Shown: positions 10,932 through 22,315, numbered from the stretch's first letter. The stretch is DNA of 64,000 nucleotides from Tetramitus jugosus (GCA_937625935.1 OW569384.1:368433-432432); one strand, 5' to 3'. Notes: generated from the letters alone by a model not told the origin. Numbers and translations: made by a program.

Positions 10932-11741
10932 ATGCACGAATTCTCTACCGTGACACCACTTGATTCCTCTGCTCCACAACAACAGGAACAGGAATATGAA
11001 ATGATTGAAATTTTGGATTTGAATGATCATGAAACAATTGTCAACATGAATGACAATGACAATCGTAGCAGCAGTAGCGACAATAACGATGGAACAATTC
11101 CGTTTGTCATACCTGTCATGACAGATGCATTCACTCGTGTCTCTTCACCACACAATCAATCCTTCTCGAACACATTCACCCCAACTACTAATACGAATGC
11201 TAATACTACTACGGATACGAATACGAATACAACCATCACAAGAGCAACACAAAATCATCAGTATCAATCATTTACCATGGGTTCAGTTCAACCCATCACT
11301 ACGATAGAAAATAAGAACAACAATAAGCAAACAACAACAATAGCAAGAAAAAGAACAAGACCAATTCATGAACAACCATTGGAATCATTGATAAAGCAAA
11401 TGAAATTGCAATCCTTCTCCAGTAGGAAGATGCAATTGATGCACGACATGTTTCACTTGCCTATCGCTAGCTCTACAACTCCAACTGATATCGAAGATGA
11501 TGACAATGGTGAGAGCACCGACTACTATTATTCAATGACCTATTCACAAATGAAACAATTGTTGGATCAATTCTTGGTATCATTGGAGAAGAAACAAGTG
11601 TTGTTGGACTATTTGGATTGTGTGGAAACAAACGACACCAACAATGGATTGGCAGCGTTGTTGGAGTCGTTTGATTGGGATGTGGACAGACAACACGTTC
11701 AATCTCTCATTCAGACCCAATACAATAAAAACCTCCTGTGA
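10932..11741 (+). CDS. Hypothetical protein, T/N-rich N-terminus, basic NLS-like RKRTR, helical C-terminus
   Basis: 269-aa ATG ORF preceded by the local CAACA-type start context. Confidence 0.6.
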   Translation: MHEFSTVTPLDSSAPQQQEQEYEMIEILDLNDHETIVNMNDNDNRSSSSDNNDGTIPFVIPVMTDAFTRVSSPHNQSFSNTFTPTTNTNANTTTDTNTNTTITRATQNHQYQSFTMGSVQPITTIENKNNNKQTTTIARKRTRPIHEQPLESLIKQMKLQSFSSRKMQLMHDMFHLPIASSTTPTDIEDDDNGESTDYYYSMTYSQMKQLLDQFLVSLEKKQVLLDYLDCVETNDTNNGLAALLESFDWDVDRQHVQSLIQTQYNKNLL

Positions 11742-11820
11742 ATTTTCGCGCCTTTTTCAGCTTTGGCGCCAAAAGAACAAACTCAAAAACAGCAAACGAT
11801 CCACAAGAACGAAACTTGAA

Positions 11821-12390
11821 ATGGGACTGTGGACAATATTGAAGAAAATTAAGCAAAAAGAAAAAGAACTGCGCATACTCATACTGGGATTGGATAATGC
11901 AGGAAAGACTAGCATTACAAAAGCTTTCAATGGAGAAGAGATTGACACCATTAGCCCTACTCTTGGTTTCAACATTAAGACACTAGAGTACAATGACTAT
12001 AGCTTAAATTTGTGGGATATTGGTGGACAACAAACACTTCGATCCTATTGGAGAAATTATTTTGAAGAAACTGATGGATTGATATGGGTGGTGGACTCTG
12101 CAGACACGGTTCGATTGAACGATTGTCGGTTAGAGCTAGAAAAGTTGTTGGGTGAGGAGAAGTTGGCAGGTGCTTCGTTGCTCATCTTTGCAAACAAGCA
12201 GGACTTGCACAATGCACTTGATTTGAATCAGATTGCACAAGTGTTGCGATTAAATGGTGATGAAAATCCTATCATGCAGAATAGGCATTGGCACGTGGTG
12301 GCGTGCTCTGCAGTGACCGGCCAAGGGTTGGTTGATGGAATTGATTGGATTGTGAAAGATATTAGCTCTAGGATCTTTATGCTTGAATAA
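11821..12390 (+). CDS. ARL2: ADP-ribosylation factor-like GTPase 2
   Basis: [66 protein letters not shown]. Confidence 0.93.
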   Translation: MGLWTILKKIKQKEKELRILILGLDNAGKTSITKAFNGEEIDTISPTLGFNIKTLEYNDYSLNLWDIGGQQTLRSYWRNYFEETDGLIWVVDSADTVRLNDCRLELEKLLGEEKLAGASLLIFANKQDLHNALDLNQIAQVLRLNGDENPIMQNRHWHVVACSAVTGQGLVDGIDWIVKDISSRIFMLE

Positions 12391-12454
12391 GTTGAACCAA
12401 CTATTGTAAATAAATAGAAACAAATTTTTTGTTACAATAACATGCGAGACGACT

Positions 12455-14968
12455 TTATCTGAGTCTTCTCTTCTTTTGGTCCCTAGTGTTGGAAGCTAAT
12501 GGGTTATTGTTGTCAGCAAATCTCTTTCGTGTCTTCTCTTTCACTGCGTCTAGGGATGCCTCAGTGTCATCAGCAGCAAATTCAAGAACGAGTGATCTAC
12601 CATACAAGTGAGTGTGCTTCAACGCATCATAGGCATTGTGGCACTCCTTTCTGCTCGCAAATTCGACGAAGGCGAAACCTCTATGTTGACTCTTGCTGCT
12701 GACTTTTCTTGGCAGACGAACATCCTTAATCTCACCAAATGCACTGAACAATTGATAAATATCACGTTGTGTTGCTTCGAAGGCAACGTTTCTAACTATC
12801 AGCTTCTTGAAGGTAACCTGCCTTCCTGCGTCATCGGTGTAGTTGAGTGCATCGTCAGTTGCAGGCTGCACATTCTCAGCACGCAATGAAGAATATTCCA
12901 ATTGAAGCTTGTGACCGTCCAACTGGGTACCATTGAGCGCCTCCTTGGCCTTGACAGCGTTGTCTAGAGAAGCAAATTCGATGAAACCAAAACCACGGCT
13001 CTCTCCTAACTTGTTATCAGAGTCCTCATGCCTATTATCACTCTTCTTCACTGGTTTTCTTGCAATCGTTACGTTTCGTACATTGTGTCCCTTGAACAAC
13101 TTCTCCAAACTCTTCTCAGTAGTCTTAAAGTTCAAGTTCTTCACGAACAATGTACCACTCTGTTTCAACTCCTCATCAGCTTCCGTGTTCTTGGTTTCAG
13201 ATGCATTGTTGGCAGCGGTCGTAGCAGATTCGTCCTTCTTTGATTTTTGTGCCAGTGGTGCCCATTCGAGATAGAGGGGCACGTGGTGGAACTTTTTGTA
13301 TGCCAATGATCGGAACGCCTTCCTGGCTTCTGTTGGTTCATAGAACTCTATCAGCGCAAAGGTGCCTGATTGCAGCAGAACGGTGCGCGCCACTTGACCA
13401 CCAGTCGAAGCGAACAACTCTTGCAACTCACCCTCAATCTTTTGTCTCTGTTTATCAAAGCTCAGCGATAAGAGTTCCTTCTTGTTTGACAAGATTTGCT
13501 CCAGAGACAAGTTCTTGACAAGAATAATCTTCTTGGATCTCTTTGCCTGTCCATTTCTCAATTGACTCAAATCAACATTGAGATCCGACAATTCATTCAA
13601 CTGTTCCTTTGTCTGCTTAATGAGTTCAGTTTCTCCGAGTGCCAATCTCACAGCAGCATTGTCAGCTCCCATGCCATACTCATCACCATCACTCTTATCC
13701 TTGTTCTTGTTGTTTCCTGAGGAGCCTTCTTCCATCAACAATTGTCTCTTTGTGAGACCGACTTGTCTCGATATGCTCTCTGCGACAGTGTCCGCTCTCA
13801 TGAACATGCTGTTCCAATTCTCGTGATGACCCTCTGGATTCATCGCATCCTGTATCCGCTTGGCTCTCATTTGTTTTTGCTTGAATGACAAATTGTCGTC
13901 ATCGGCAAAGAAAAAGTTGGAGTTTCTACCGGTGCCACTCGATGTCAAAGTCTTTGGTTTGTTGGCCATCTTTGCATAGATCAATCTGCCTTGGAAAATG
14001 TTGTTATTGAGCTGTGCAATCGCTTGTTCTGCATTCTCTGGAATCAGGAACAACACGTAGCCATAGCCCTTGGATTTCTTTGTAGTGTTGTCAATGGGAA
14101 TGTGCACCTGTGAAATTTCACCAAACTTGTGACACGCGTCATACAATTCGTCTTCCGTAGTCGAATAGTCGAGATTCCAGAAGAAGACTCTTCCTTCATC
14201 AATCTCCACCTTTTCAGTCATTGTTGTTGTTGTCGATGATGATGATGTTAATGCTGTGACAGAATCATCAATCTTACTCTTGAAATAGTCCATATCGGAC
14301 AATTCACTTGTTTGTTGTTGATTATCATCATGATCATCTTCATTGTTATTATTATTCTTGTTGTTATTCGTTGTTGTAGATGTTGCATTTTCTTCATCAT
14401 CGTCATCATTCGCCCAAAATGCCTTCTTATTATTATTATTCTTCTTGTTTGCTTGTTGTTCATTGTTTTCAATGCCTAAAAAATCATTGACTTGCTTGTT
14501 GCTTGCATTTGCGCCGCCTCCCTTTTTATTATTTGCATTTTTGTTGTTGGAATTCTGTTGTTGTTGTTGTTGTTGTCGCTTATCATGCAGAGATGATCCA
14601 TCAGAGTACTTGCTCCATGGTCTAGACAATTCTCCATGTTTCATGGGCAGTGCAAATGATACGTTGATTCTTGACATGTCAACAAATGTTTGATCGAGTG
14701 ATCGTATGGCTTTTTGTGCCATTTTATGTGTCTTGAAACCAACAAATGCAAAGCATCTACTCTTTCCATCCTTTGTGTGCATCACTTTACAATCTGTAAT
14801 TTCTCCGAATGGCTCAAATGTTTTCTTGAGGCGATTGTTGTCAATGTGAGGTGGAAGTGATTTGACAATGAGTCTTGTTTTTTGTTCGGTTGGTTGGTCA
14901 TCTTCTTGATGGTTGTTGTTGTTGTTGTTATTGTGGTGGTGGTGGTGATGATGTTGATGCGTCGACAT
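12455..14968 (-). CDS. RBM19: Multi-RRM nucleolar pre-rRNA processing protein RBM19/Mrd1
   Basis: N-terminal RRM (TRLIVK.LP..GKSRCFAFVGFK), RPWSKYS, WNSMFM, AAVRLALGET, AF..LAY..F..PLYLEWAP, KLIVRNVAFEAT, THLYGR.LVLEFA; start chosen at MSTHQ. Confidence 0.9.
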   Translation of the reverse strand: MSTHQHHHHHHHNNNNNNNHQEDDQPTEQKTRLIVKSLPPHIDNNRLKKTFEPFGEITDCKVMHTKDGKSRCFAFVGFKTHKMAQKAIRSLDQTFVDMSRINVSFALPMKHGELSRPWSKYSDGSSLHDKRQQQQQQQNSNNKNANNKKGGGANASNKQVNDFLGIENNEQQANKKNNNNKKAFWANDDDDEENATSTTTNNNKNNNNNEDDHDDNQQQTSELSDMDYFKSKIDDSVTALTSSSSTTTTMTEKVEIDEGRVFFWNLDYSTTEDELYDACHKFGEISQVHIPIDNTTKKSKGYGYVLFLIPENAEQAIAQLNNNIFQGRLIYAKMANKPKTLTSSGTGRNSNFFFADDDNLSFKQKQMRAKRIQDAMNPEGHHENWNSMFMRADTVAESISRQVGLTKRQLLMEEGSSGNNKNKDKSDGDEYGMGADNAAVRLALGETELIKQTKEQLNELSDLNVDLSQLRNGQAKRSKKIILVKNLSLEQILSNKKELLSLSFDKQRQKIEGELQELFASTGGQVARTVLLQSGTFALIEFYEPTEARKAFRSLAYKKFHHVPLYLEWAPLAQKSKKDESATTAANNASETKNTEADEELKQSGTLFVKNLNFKTTEKSLEKLFKGHNVRNVTIARKPVKKSDNRHEDSDNKLGESRGFGFIEFASLDNAVKAKEALNGTQLDGHKLQLEYSSLRAENVQPATDDALNYTDDAGRQVTFKKLIVRNVAFEATQRDIYQLFSAFGEIKDVRLPRKVSSKSQHRGFAFVEFASRKECHNAYDALKHTHLYGRSLVLEFAADDTEASLDAVKEKTRKRFADNNNPLASNTRDQKKRRLR

Positions 14969-15230
14969 GTTTTTTTTGTTGTTGTCCCTCTTGATTGAGT
15001 TTGTGTTTTTGTGTCGCATAATTGTTTTCACATTTGAACGTTCAATGTTTTTGGTGAAGAGGAAAAAGTGGGGAAGCGGCAAAACGGCGTGTTTACAGTT
15101 TCTTAGCGAACGAACTGTTTTTGAATACGAGTTCTCCTCGGTTCCCTGGTCACATCCTTTGCCTCAATTCTCTACGAAACAATTCGTTTAAAAAATCAAA
15201 CAACCGTAAGATTTCATTGTTAACAAACAA

Positions 15231-16056
15231 ATGGCGATAGAAGACGAACTGATTAAATGTGTGGTCGTTGGCGATGGTGCTGTAGGAAAGGTAAAGTATA
15301 GTATTTTTGATTGAGTAAATTGTGGTGCAAAGGTGATAGAAATTAACATTCTTCCTCTTAGACATGTTTGTTAATCTGTATGTACTTCATTGGAAGCGGC
15401 AACGTGATTGACCTAGCTTGAATATGTTAGAAAAATATCTGTATTAATTGTGATTTTTTGAATAGCTTATTCCACTGGAGATTTCCCAAAGGACTATGTA
15501 CCCACTGTGTTTGATAACTATAATGCTTCTGTGACTGTAGATGGAAAGAAGGTTGATTTGGGTCTTTGGGATACAGCAGTATGTATCTTAGTATGAATTG
15601 ATTCATTAATTTTCAGTATTGACTTGTTTGTTTTCTCTTGGTGATTCCTAGGGTCAAGAGGATTATGATTCTTTGAGACCTCTCAGTTACCCAAATACTA
15701 ATGTATTTATCATGTGTTTCTCCTTGGTGAGTCAAGCATCATTAGAGAATGTTAAAGCAAAATGGATAATAGAAGTTCGCAAGCATTGTCCTGATGTCCC
15801 TATTATTCTTGTCGGTACCAAGAAGGATTTAAGAGAGGATGAAAACCTGGTCAAAAAACTCCAACAAACTGGCCAAAAAATAGTAACAAAAGAAGAGGGG
15901 GAGAGATTGGCAAAGGATATTCGAGCTGTAAAGTACATAGAAAGCTCTGCCAAAACAAAGGAGAACCTTAAGATTGTTTTCGACGAAGCAATTCTTGCGG
16001 TCTTGTTTCCAGAAATCCCAAAGAAAACAAAGACCCAACCATGTAGTATTTTGTAA
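15231..16056 (+). CDS. Rho-family (Rac-like) small GTPase; 4 exons (15231-15290, 15362-15377, 15466-15578, 15652-16056)
   Basis: Spliced product [13 protein letters not shown]|TCLLI|[24 protein letters not shown]|[23 protein letters not shown] (CAAX). Confidence 0.92.
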
Positions 16057-16403
16057 ATGTCACAAGATAATAAACAAGGAATCTGAACAGAAAAGTTAGA
16101 AGCGAGATAGGAGAATGAGAGAGGGCTATATCATTTGCTACCAAAACAAAACTGTTTCAGTATTTCAACAACAAAACTCTTTCAGATTGTTAATTCTTAT
16201 TGACAGGACACCACCATTTCTGCACTAGCTTATTCTTATGATTGAGAGTGAATTCTTCAATCGAATGCATTGGTTCCTGTCATTATCGATCACTTGGCCA
16301 GTTCAATGAATTGCAGTAACGTTCTAAAATGGTTTCTTTTCGATTTGGAGCAAGACCAATTCGACAGAGTAAACTCAAGAGAATAGCAATCTCTACACCA
16401 TCT

Positions 16404-18635
16404 TTAAGTGAGGAGATGTCCTATTCGACTCTCTTGTTCTTGGGTCAGATTCGAGCCACGAATATCCAAGTTTTGTATCACTTTCTTCGTTTCTTTCGCT
16501 CTTGAAATACATTCCTCCAAGAATGCACAACCTTCTTGATTGTATTTGTTGCTGGATATATCTAAATCTTCTACAGAGCTATCACACAACACACACTGAG
16601 CAATCACTTCCAATCCTTCCTGACCAATGAAGTTCCCACTCAAGTTGAGCACAAGGACTCGAGTATTACGTGCCAAACTTCTTGCTATAGATGTTGCACC
16701 ATGGTCTCCAAGGTGATTCAACCGTAAATTCAACTCGACAATGGGACACTCTCTTTTTTGTAGAGCATATGAGAGGAATTTCCCCCCCTCGGAACCAACA
16801 TTATTATCTGACAGATCCAAATACCGTAGAGATGAAGATGTCAAATACGCACTTATTGCTTTGCATCCCATAGCTGTTATCCTATTGTGGGAAAAATCTA
16901 GTTTGGTTATACATGCGTTCTTTAGAAGACCTGCTACTAAGATTTGCACCATGTTATCATCTATCCTATTCTCTGGCAGTTTCAGAGTATGCAAATTCTT
17001 GACCAAGAAAGGATTCGCTATAGATTCTGCCATTATATGACAATCATCTACAGTCATCCCGACCATTTTCATATCAAATGTGAGCCCCGCATTTCTCACC
17101 CCATAAGTCAAGCGAAGAGATTCTAAATTCGATAAATTATTGAACAAGATTCCAATGTTAATATGGGATCGAAGAGTAAGGATTTCTAGTTCTTTGACAT
17201 ATCCTTTGCTCAATCGACATAATTCTTGAAGAAATTTCATGTTCTCTCCCTTGACATAACGAAACATCTTGTCAATTTTGGAGCAATTCAAATCATTTGC
17301 CCTATTATTCGGTGAAAGCCAGTATTGAGCGCTCCTAGATCCTTGATACTCTCTTCGACTACTAGAAGTTTTATGTGTTCCTCTGTGGATAGCATGATCG
17401 TAAAATGTGAAGATATCATCATCGCTAGTCAGATGCAAGAGCCTGCTAGAAGCTCTGGAAGCACTACCATCGTAAAGTTCTTTCATTTTCTCTTTGAATG
17501 AAATATCCGGGATTTGATTTTTCCTTTGATCATGTAGTAGATAATAATTTAAGTTTGGCCGAATGTGATTCGAGTGAAGACAATTGTATTCCATGTTTTC
17601 CTCTATCGTGACCAATGATTCTAGATTTTCACCAACACCCTCTTTCTTTTTAACACCTACCAAAGAACGCAACAACTCCAACTCTGAAGATTCATACAGA
17701 TCCGTTGACTTCGGTTCTGGCTGTTCTTCCAGAATATGGAGCTCTCTCGAAATAGAGATATCTGATTGAATGTTCTCCAGAAACTCTTGAAGATTTCTCT
17801 CCAAGTACAGTTGCTTCCACGACTTTTCTTCCTGATCGACTGAGCGAGAAACTTCTTCAATCAACAAAACTTTATCTCTTATCCCCTTTCTGGGAGTGTT
17901 TCTCTGCAGATATGATCCTATTTGCCCATCACTCCATCTCATAAAACAGCATTTCTTCCAATAATTTTCATCCTCTATCAGAGGAACAGATATTTGTAGT
18001 GGGAGGTGGACAGGTAATTTGTTGATGACTCTATTCATCAATGGAGGGCTCAGAGACTCAAGTGAAGGAGTACTTGAGAAATTGTCTGCAATCACTGTCG
18101 CACATAAATCGACAAGAGAGGGAGTAAAGAAACCTCCTTCTTCTCTACTTTGGTTTGTTAGGTTCTTCGTCCTTCTGTTGGAAGCGTTGTTGTCTTCTAA
18201 GTTCTCATTCGCTATATCTACAACAACATCCCCACCGACACTAGTTAGGAAGTGATGCTTCTCGAAGGAGTCCCATTCTTCTTCCTCTTCAGTACCTTCC
18301 AACTTCGTATGTCTTGCAGCAGAATATGCTGATGACAATCTCTTTCTATCATTATTCTTGTTCCTCATCGAAAGTAATCGCCGAGAATATTCTCTCTGCA
18401 AGTTTCTCTCTTTGTTCCGAATCTTATGGAATTCATTTTGAACTTGTCCATCATTTGGTGGATAAAATTGAAACTGGACTGTTGGAGTGCGTGTACTCTT
18501 TGGAGTACCCAACTGTGATGTCGTTTTGTTTGTGTTCAACTGAACTAACTTATTCTTGTTCAGTGTTTTGATTCTCGGTGTACTTTCACTCAACCTTCGG
18601 GAATCATTGCCTTCATTGTTAAGAGAGAATGGCAT
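16404..18635 (-). CDS. DRC5: Dynein regulatory complex subunit 5 (TCTE1-like), RNI-type LRR protein
   Basis: PSLVDLC..IADNF, LPLQISVPLIEDENYWKKCC..RW, SWKQLYLER.LQE, L.LTYGVRNAG..F....GM..DDC, then LRRs including LNLRLN.LGD.G. Confidence 0.8.
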   Translation of the reverse strand: MPFSLNNEGNDSRRLSESTPRIKTLNKNKLVQLNTNKTTSQLGTPKSTRTPTVQFQFYPPNDGQVQNEFHKIRNKERNLQREYSRRLLSMRNKNNDRKRLSSAYSAARHTKLEGTEEEEEWDSFEKHHFLTSVGGDVVVDIANENLEDNNASNRRTKNLTNQSREEGGFFTPSLVDLCATVIADNFSSTPSLESLSPPLMNRVINKLPVHLPLQISVPLIEDENYWKKCCFMRWSDGQIGSYLQRNTPRKGIRDKVLLIEEVSRSVDQEEKSWKQLYLERNLQEFLENIQSDISISRELHILEEQPEPKSTDLYESSELELLRSLVGVKKKEGVGENLESLVTIEENMEYNCLHSNHIRPNLNYYLLHDQRKNQIPDISFKEKMKELYDGSASRASSRLLHLTSDDDIFTFYDHAIHRGTHKTSSSRREYQGSRSAQYWLSPNNRANDLNCSKIDKMFRYVKGENMKFLQELCRLSKGYVKELEILTLRSHINIGILFNNLSNLESLRLTYGVRNAGLTFDMKMVGMTVDDCHIMAESIANPFLVKNLHTLKLPENRIDDNMVQILVAGLLKNACITKLDFSHNRITAMGCKAISAYLTSSSLRYLDLSDNNVGSEGGKFLSYALQKRECPIVELNLRLNHLGDHGATSIARSLARNTRVLVLNLSGNFIGQEGLEVIAQCVLCDSSVEDLDISSNKYNQEGCAFLEECISRAKETKKVIQNLDIRGSNLTQEQESRIGHLLT

Positions 18636-18857
18636 TTCTCAGGTGATGTTGTTTTGGTTTCTCTGTAGTTGAGACCGATTGCCCTTTTCTCCGTCCCCTA
18701 AAATCGCGAGACCTTCACTCCGACCGCTCCAAATGTGAGGATTGCGGACCAACTCACAACCCAGAAAGTTCCTTTTGTGTTTTTTTCTCGAGAGAAACCA
18801 AACAAAAGGAACAAGCAAACTTTTAGTCCACATTCAAGAGAGAATTGCTATTTTATT

Positions 18858-19931
18858 ATGTCTACTATGACTACTGCTGTTGAATACTCTGACTTGTCTT
18901 TGCCCATTATTGATATTTCACCGCTCATGCAGCACTCGGTCAGAGATGTGGTTGAGTTGACTGGTGGCACCGAAGGAGGCACCGAATTTGAAGCAAAGGT
19001 CTCTCAAGTGGCTGAACAAATTGGAAGGGCTTGCAAGGAGTTTGGCTTCTTTTACATTGTAAACTATGGTGCGCAGTTTGATGAGTTTAGTGATGAGTTG
19101 TTTAAAGTGGGTAGAGAGTTCTTTGCCAAGCCACTAGACTACAAGAATCAGTTTCACATGAGAAACAGTAAGGTGTACAGGGGATTTTTCCAATTGGGTG
19201 ATGAACTGACATCGTATCAAAAGGATTGGAAGGAAGGCTACTATTTCTCTAGTGAGCTCACAGAGGATCACCCAGCAGTGATCGCCAAGACACCCATGCA
19301 TGGTTGTAATCAGTGGCCCGATGAAAGTCAAAGTCCAGAGTTTAAGAGAGTTGTTCTGAAGTATATGGACTCATTGACTCAGTTGGGTCACATTCTGATG
19401 ACTGGTGTTGCTATTAGTCTAGGTCTGGACAAGGATTTCTTTAGAAACGAGTTTACGAACGAACCGTTCATTCCTTTCAGATTGTTTCATTATCCAGCAG
19501 ATCCTACCGGTCTGCATGACGATGGCCGAGTGAGATGGGGTGTTGGGCGACACACAGACTATGGCGTTTTAACTCTTTTGAGACAAGATGACTGTGGTGG
19601 ATTGGAAGTTGAGCATCGAGGTACAGGTCAATGGATACAAGCGCCTTACATTCCTAACTCCTTTGTTGTCAACATTGGTGACATGCTTGAACGATGGACT
19701 TGTGGACATTACAAGGCAACACCTCACAGGGTGAAGAATACGAGTGGCAAGGATCGATTAAGTGCTCCGTTTTTCTTCGATCCAAATTTCAATTGTATTG
19801 TAAAGCCACTGAAACAATTTGCTGAGTCTGAAGAGGATGAGAATAAGTGGCCACCTGTCAAGTATGGGGACTACATTCTAGCCAAGGTGTTCGCTGTTTT
19901 TCCCGAATTATTGAATGATGCCCTAAAGTAA
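18858..19931 (+). CDS. 2-oxoglutarate/Fe(II) dioxygenase, isopenicillin N synthase-like (DIOX_N + 2OG-FeII_Oxy)
   Basis: LPIIDISPL, ACKEFGFFYIVN, HTDYG..HRV facial triad, RLS motif. Confidence 0.9.
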   Translation: MSTMTTAVEYSDLSLPIIDISPLMQHSVRDVVELTGGTEGGTEFEAKVSQVAEQIGRACKEFGFFYIVNYGAQFDEFSDELFKVGREFFAKPLDYKNQFHMRNSKVYRGFFQLGDELTSYQKDWKEGYYFSSELTEDHPAVIAKTPMHGCNQWPDESQSPEFKRVVLKYMDSLTQLGHILMTGVAISLGLDKDFFRNEFTNEPFIPFRLFHYPADPTGLHDDGRVRWGVGRHTDYGVLTLLRQDDCGGLEVEHRGTGQWIQAPYIPNSFVVNIGDMLERWTCGHYKATPHRVKNTSGKDRLSAPFFFDPNFNCIVKPLKQFAESEEDENKWPPVKYGDYILAKVFAVFPELLNDALK

Positions 19932-20053
19932 GCACGAATACAACCCTTTTTGTTAGCTTCGCTCCCAAGTTTGCGCACAGTTTTACAGAGTACGTTTGGA
20001 TTAATTAACTGAATCTAATTTATTAACTCTAAGTTGAGTTGAACTTGCAGATA

Positions 20054-22315
20054 CTAGACACCCCTGTCCGACATTTCTACTTGCTCGTTGGTCATTGCGT
20101 TTGCATTAGATCTTTTATTGAGTTTACTGATCATTGCAATGGAGACAACAAGAACTAGAACGAGCAAGAGCACCAACGTGACCCCAACTACCGAACCAAC
20201 AGTTGCACCAACAATCATTCCTGTCCTTGGTTGAGATTTTGTTCCTCCTCTCTCCAATTGAAGACGATTGTCACAAAACAAGCCTTCATATTCAATGCTG
20301 CAATTACAGGTGTTCACATCAACACAAACGCCATTTCCAGAGCACACTGAAGAGTTTGTTGCCTCAATAGAGTTGCACAAAGGAATGGAGCAATCAGATC
20401 CCGAATATCCAATTTTGCAATTGCATTGATTGAGTTCCGAACACACTCCGTGGCCTGAACATACTTCAGAGAGATTACCCATGATTCCAAAACATGAAAC
20501 AACTGTGCAGTTGTCTCCAAACCAACCTGAATCACACAAACAATGGTCATGCGAAATGCATTCTCCCTTGCCAGAACAAACATTTGTCGAATTCGATTCG
20601 ACTCCAAAACAATGTGTCATTTCACACTCACCTCCGAAGTATTGCGAAGAGCAGATACAAACATTAACAGATATGCATGAACCATGTTGAGAGCAAACAT
20701 TGGAATCTGTGTGATTCAAACCATAGCAAGTGGGTTCATCACAGTTCTCGCCTTTCCAATCTGAATCGCAACTGCACTGATCGAAAGCAATGCATTTTCC
20801 ATGATTCGAACAAGTCTGGTTATTGGTCGAATTTGTCCCAAAGCATGTTGTCATCTCACAGCGAACACCAAAGTATCCATCATCACAATTACACTTGTTG
20901 TTCGCGATGCAAGCTCCATGTCCTGAGCACACTGAACTGGAATTTGCCTCAAATTGGAAACAAGTCACCAGATTGTATTTTGCAAGAAAAGCCCCAGTTT
21001 CAGACAAGGTCGTATCACGAAAAAATGCTGTACTCTGAAAATTTCCAGTATAGTACACAGTGGAACCACCCATAAGGCCAACCTCACTACCAGAATCATA
21101 GGATGACCCCCCTCCGGTCTCAACCCAAATCGTGTTCCCGTTTGCTGTATCATACGCAGCCAGAAAGGCATCAAAGCTACCTTTGGAATTTACCACTTGT
21201 TGTGAGAATTGAGCCTTGTCTTGAAATGATCCTGAGACATAAACTACACCATTACCAACTGATATACTACTAGCGGAATCGGAGCCGGGACCGCCACTTT
21301 GAACTGACCAAACAAACTTGCCTGTTCGAGCATCAATCTTAGAAACAAATACATCCGACAGACCCCCAGAAATGATATTTTGACAACCAAATGAAGCATT
21401 TCCATTGAACTCCCCACTCACATAAAGGAATTCATCTTCTCCAAAGGCGATACCATATCCTCCGAGCTCACTCTCCTCTCCTCCAGCTCGTATTATCCAT
21501 ACACAGTTCCCTGACCGATTATACTTGGCTACAAATATATCCCAACCTCCCATCGAAGTCACTTGACCACAGGAACCGAAGGTTGCAGTCTTTTCAAAGT
21601 ATCCAGTAATATAAAATGAATCTTCCTCGTCAATGGTGATCGCTACAGCTCTATCAGAACCTGCACCACCAGCAGTGATGACTGAGAGATACTGACCATT
21701 CGTGTTGTATCTAACCACTACGATGTCATCTCCAGAAGGGGTCACCGAAACAGAACCAAAGTTTGTTGTACCTGACACATAACCACTCGTCAGAATCGTT
21801 CCATCATCCGCAACAACCACATCGAATGCTGCAGCGTATTTTGTTGTGGGAGTTGCCACCGAAATCCATTTGCACTGTCCATCTGCGACGTTGAATTGGG
21901 CCGTATAGAAACCTGATGCTGAGTTAAACGTGGAGCCACATAGGATGATCTCATTATTAAAGTAACCAGACTGATACAAGTGTGCACTGTCACCGTTCTT
22001 TCCAAGAGCGAGACCTGAACCATAATTATATCCAGATCCACTGCCTGTGATGACCCAGATCTTTTGACCTTGAGCATCAAACTTTGCCAGAAACATTCTT
22101 GAACGAGTTGTTGAAAAGTATTGTGATCCAATCGTCATAGGCTCAGAAAAACTACCCGTAAGGTAAATAAAATTATCACTTGAAGTGACCATGGATTGTA
22201 TTCCAATCCAATTTCCACTGATTTGTTTCTTGACAAATTCCATGTTGGGATACAATGATGCCACATTTTGTGCAGCAAGGAGAAGAAGTAAGAAGAGAGA
22301 CAACAAAGTGCTCAT
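20054..22315 (-). CDS. Type I membrane protein: signal peptide, bacterial-style SBBP-like beta-propeller repeats, about 6 EGF-like repeats, TM, short cytosolic tail
   Basis: Repeats Y.TGYF..TA.FG...DIFVAKY...G...W...GG; CSGHG.C...C.C..G..G..C repeats; hydrophobic VGVTLVLLLVLVLVVSI; alternative start at 22375. Confidence 0.85.
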   Translation of the reverse strand: MSTLLSLFLLLLLAAQNVASLYPNMEFVKKQISGNWIGIQSMVTSSDNFIYLTGSFSEPMTIGSQYFSTTRSRMFLAKFDAQGQKIWVITGSGSGYNYGSGLALGKNGDSAHLYQSGYFNNEIILCGSTFNSASGFYTAQFNVADGQCKWISVATPTTKYAAAFDVVVADDGTILTSGYVSGTTNFGSVSVTPSGDDIVVVRYNTNGQYLSVITAGGAGSDRAVAITIDEEDSFYITGYFEKTATFGSCGQVTSMGGWDIFVAKYNRSGNCVWIIRAGGEESELGGYGIAFGEDEFLYVSGEFNGNASFGCQNIISGGLSDVFVSKIDARTGKFVWSVQSGGPGSDSASSISVGNGVVYVSGSFQDKAQFSQQVVNSKGSFDAFLAAYDTANGNTIWVETGGGSSYDSGSEVGLMGGSTVYYTGNFQSTAFFRDTTLSETGAFLAKYNLVTCFQFEANSSSVCSGHGACIANNKCNCDDGYFGVRCEMTTCFGTNSTNNQTCSNHGKCIAFDQCSCDSDWKGENCDEPTCYGLNHTDSNVCSQHGSCISVNVCICSSQYFGGECEMTHCFGVESNSTNVCSGKGECISHDHCLCDSGWFGDNCTVVSCFGIMGNLSEVCSGHGVCSELNQCNCKIGYSGSDCSIPLCNSIEATNSSVCSGNGVCVDVNTCNCSIEYEGLFCDNRLQLERGGTKSQPRTGMIVGATVGSVVGVTLVLLLVLVLVVSIAMISKLNKRSNANAMTNEQVEMSDRGV

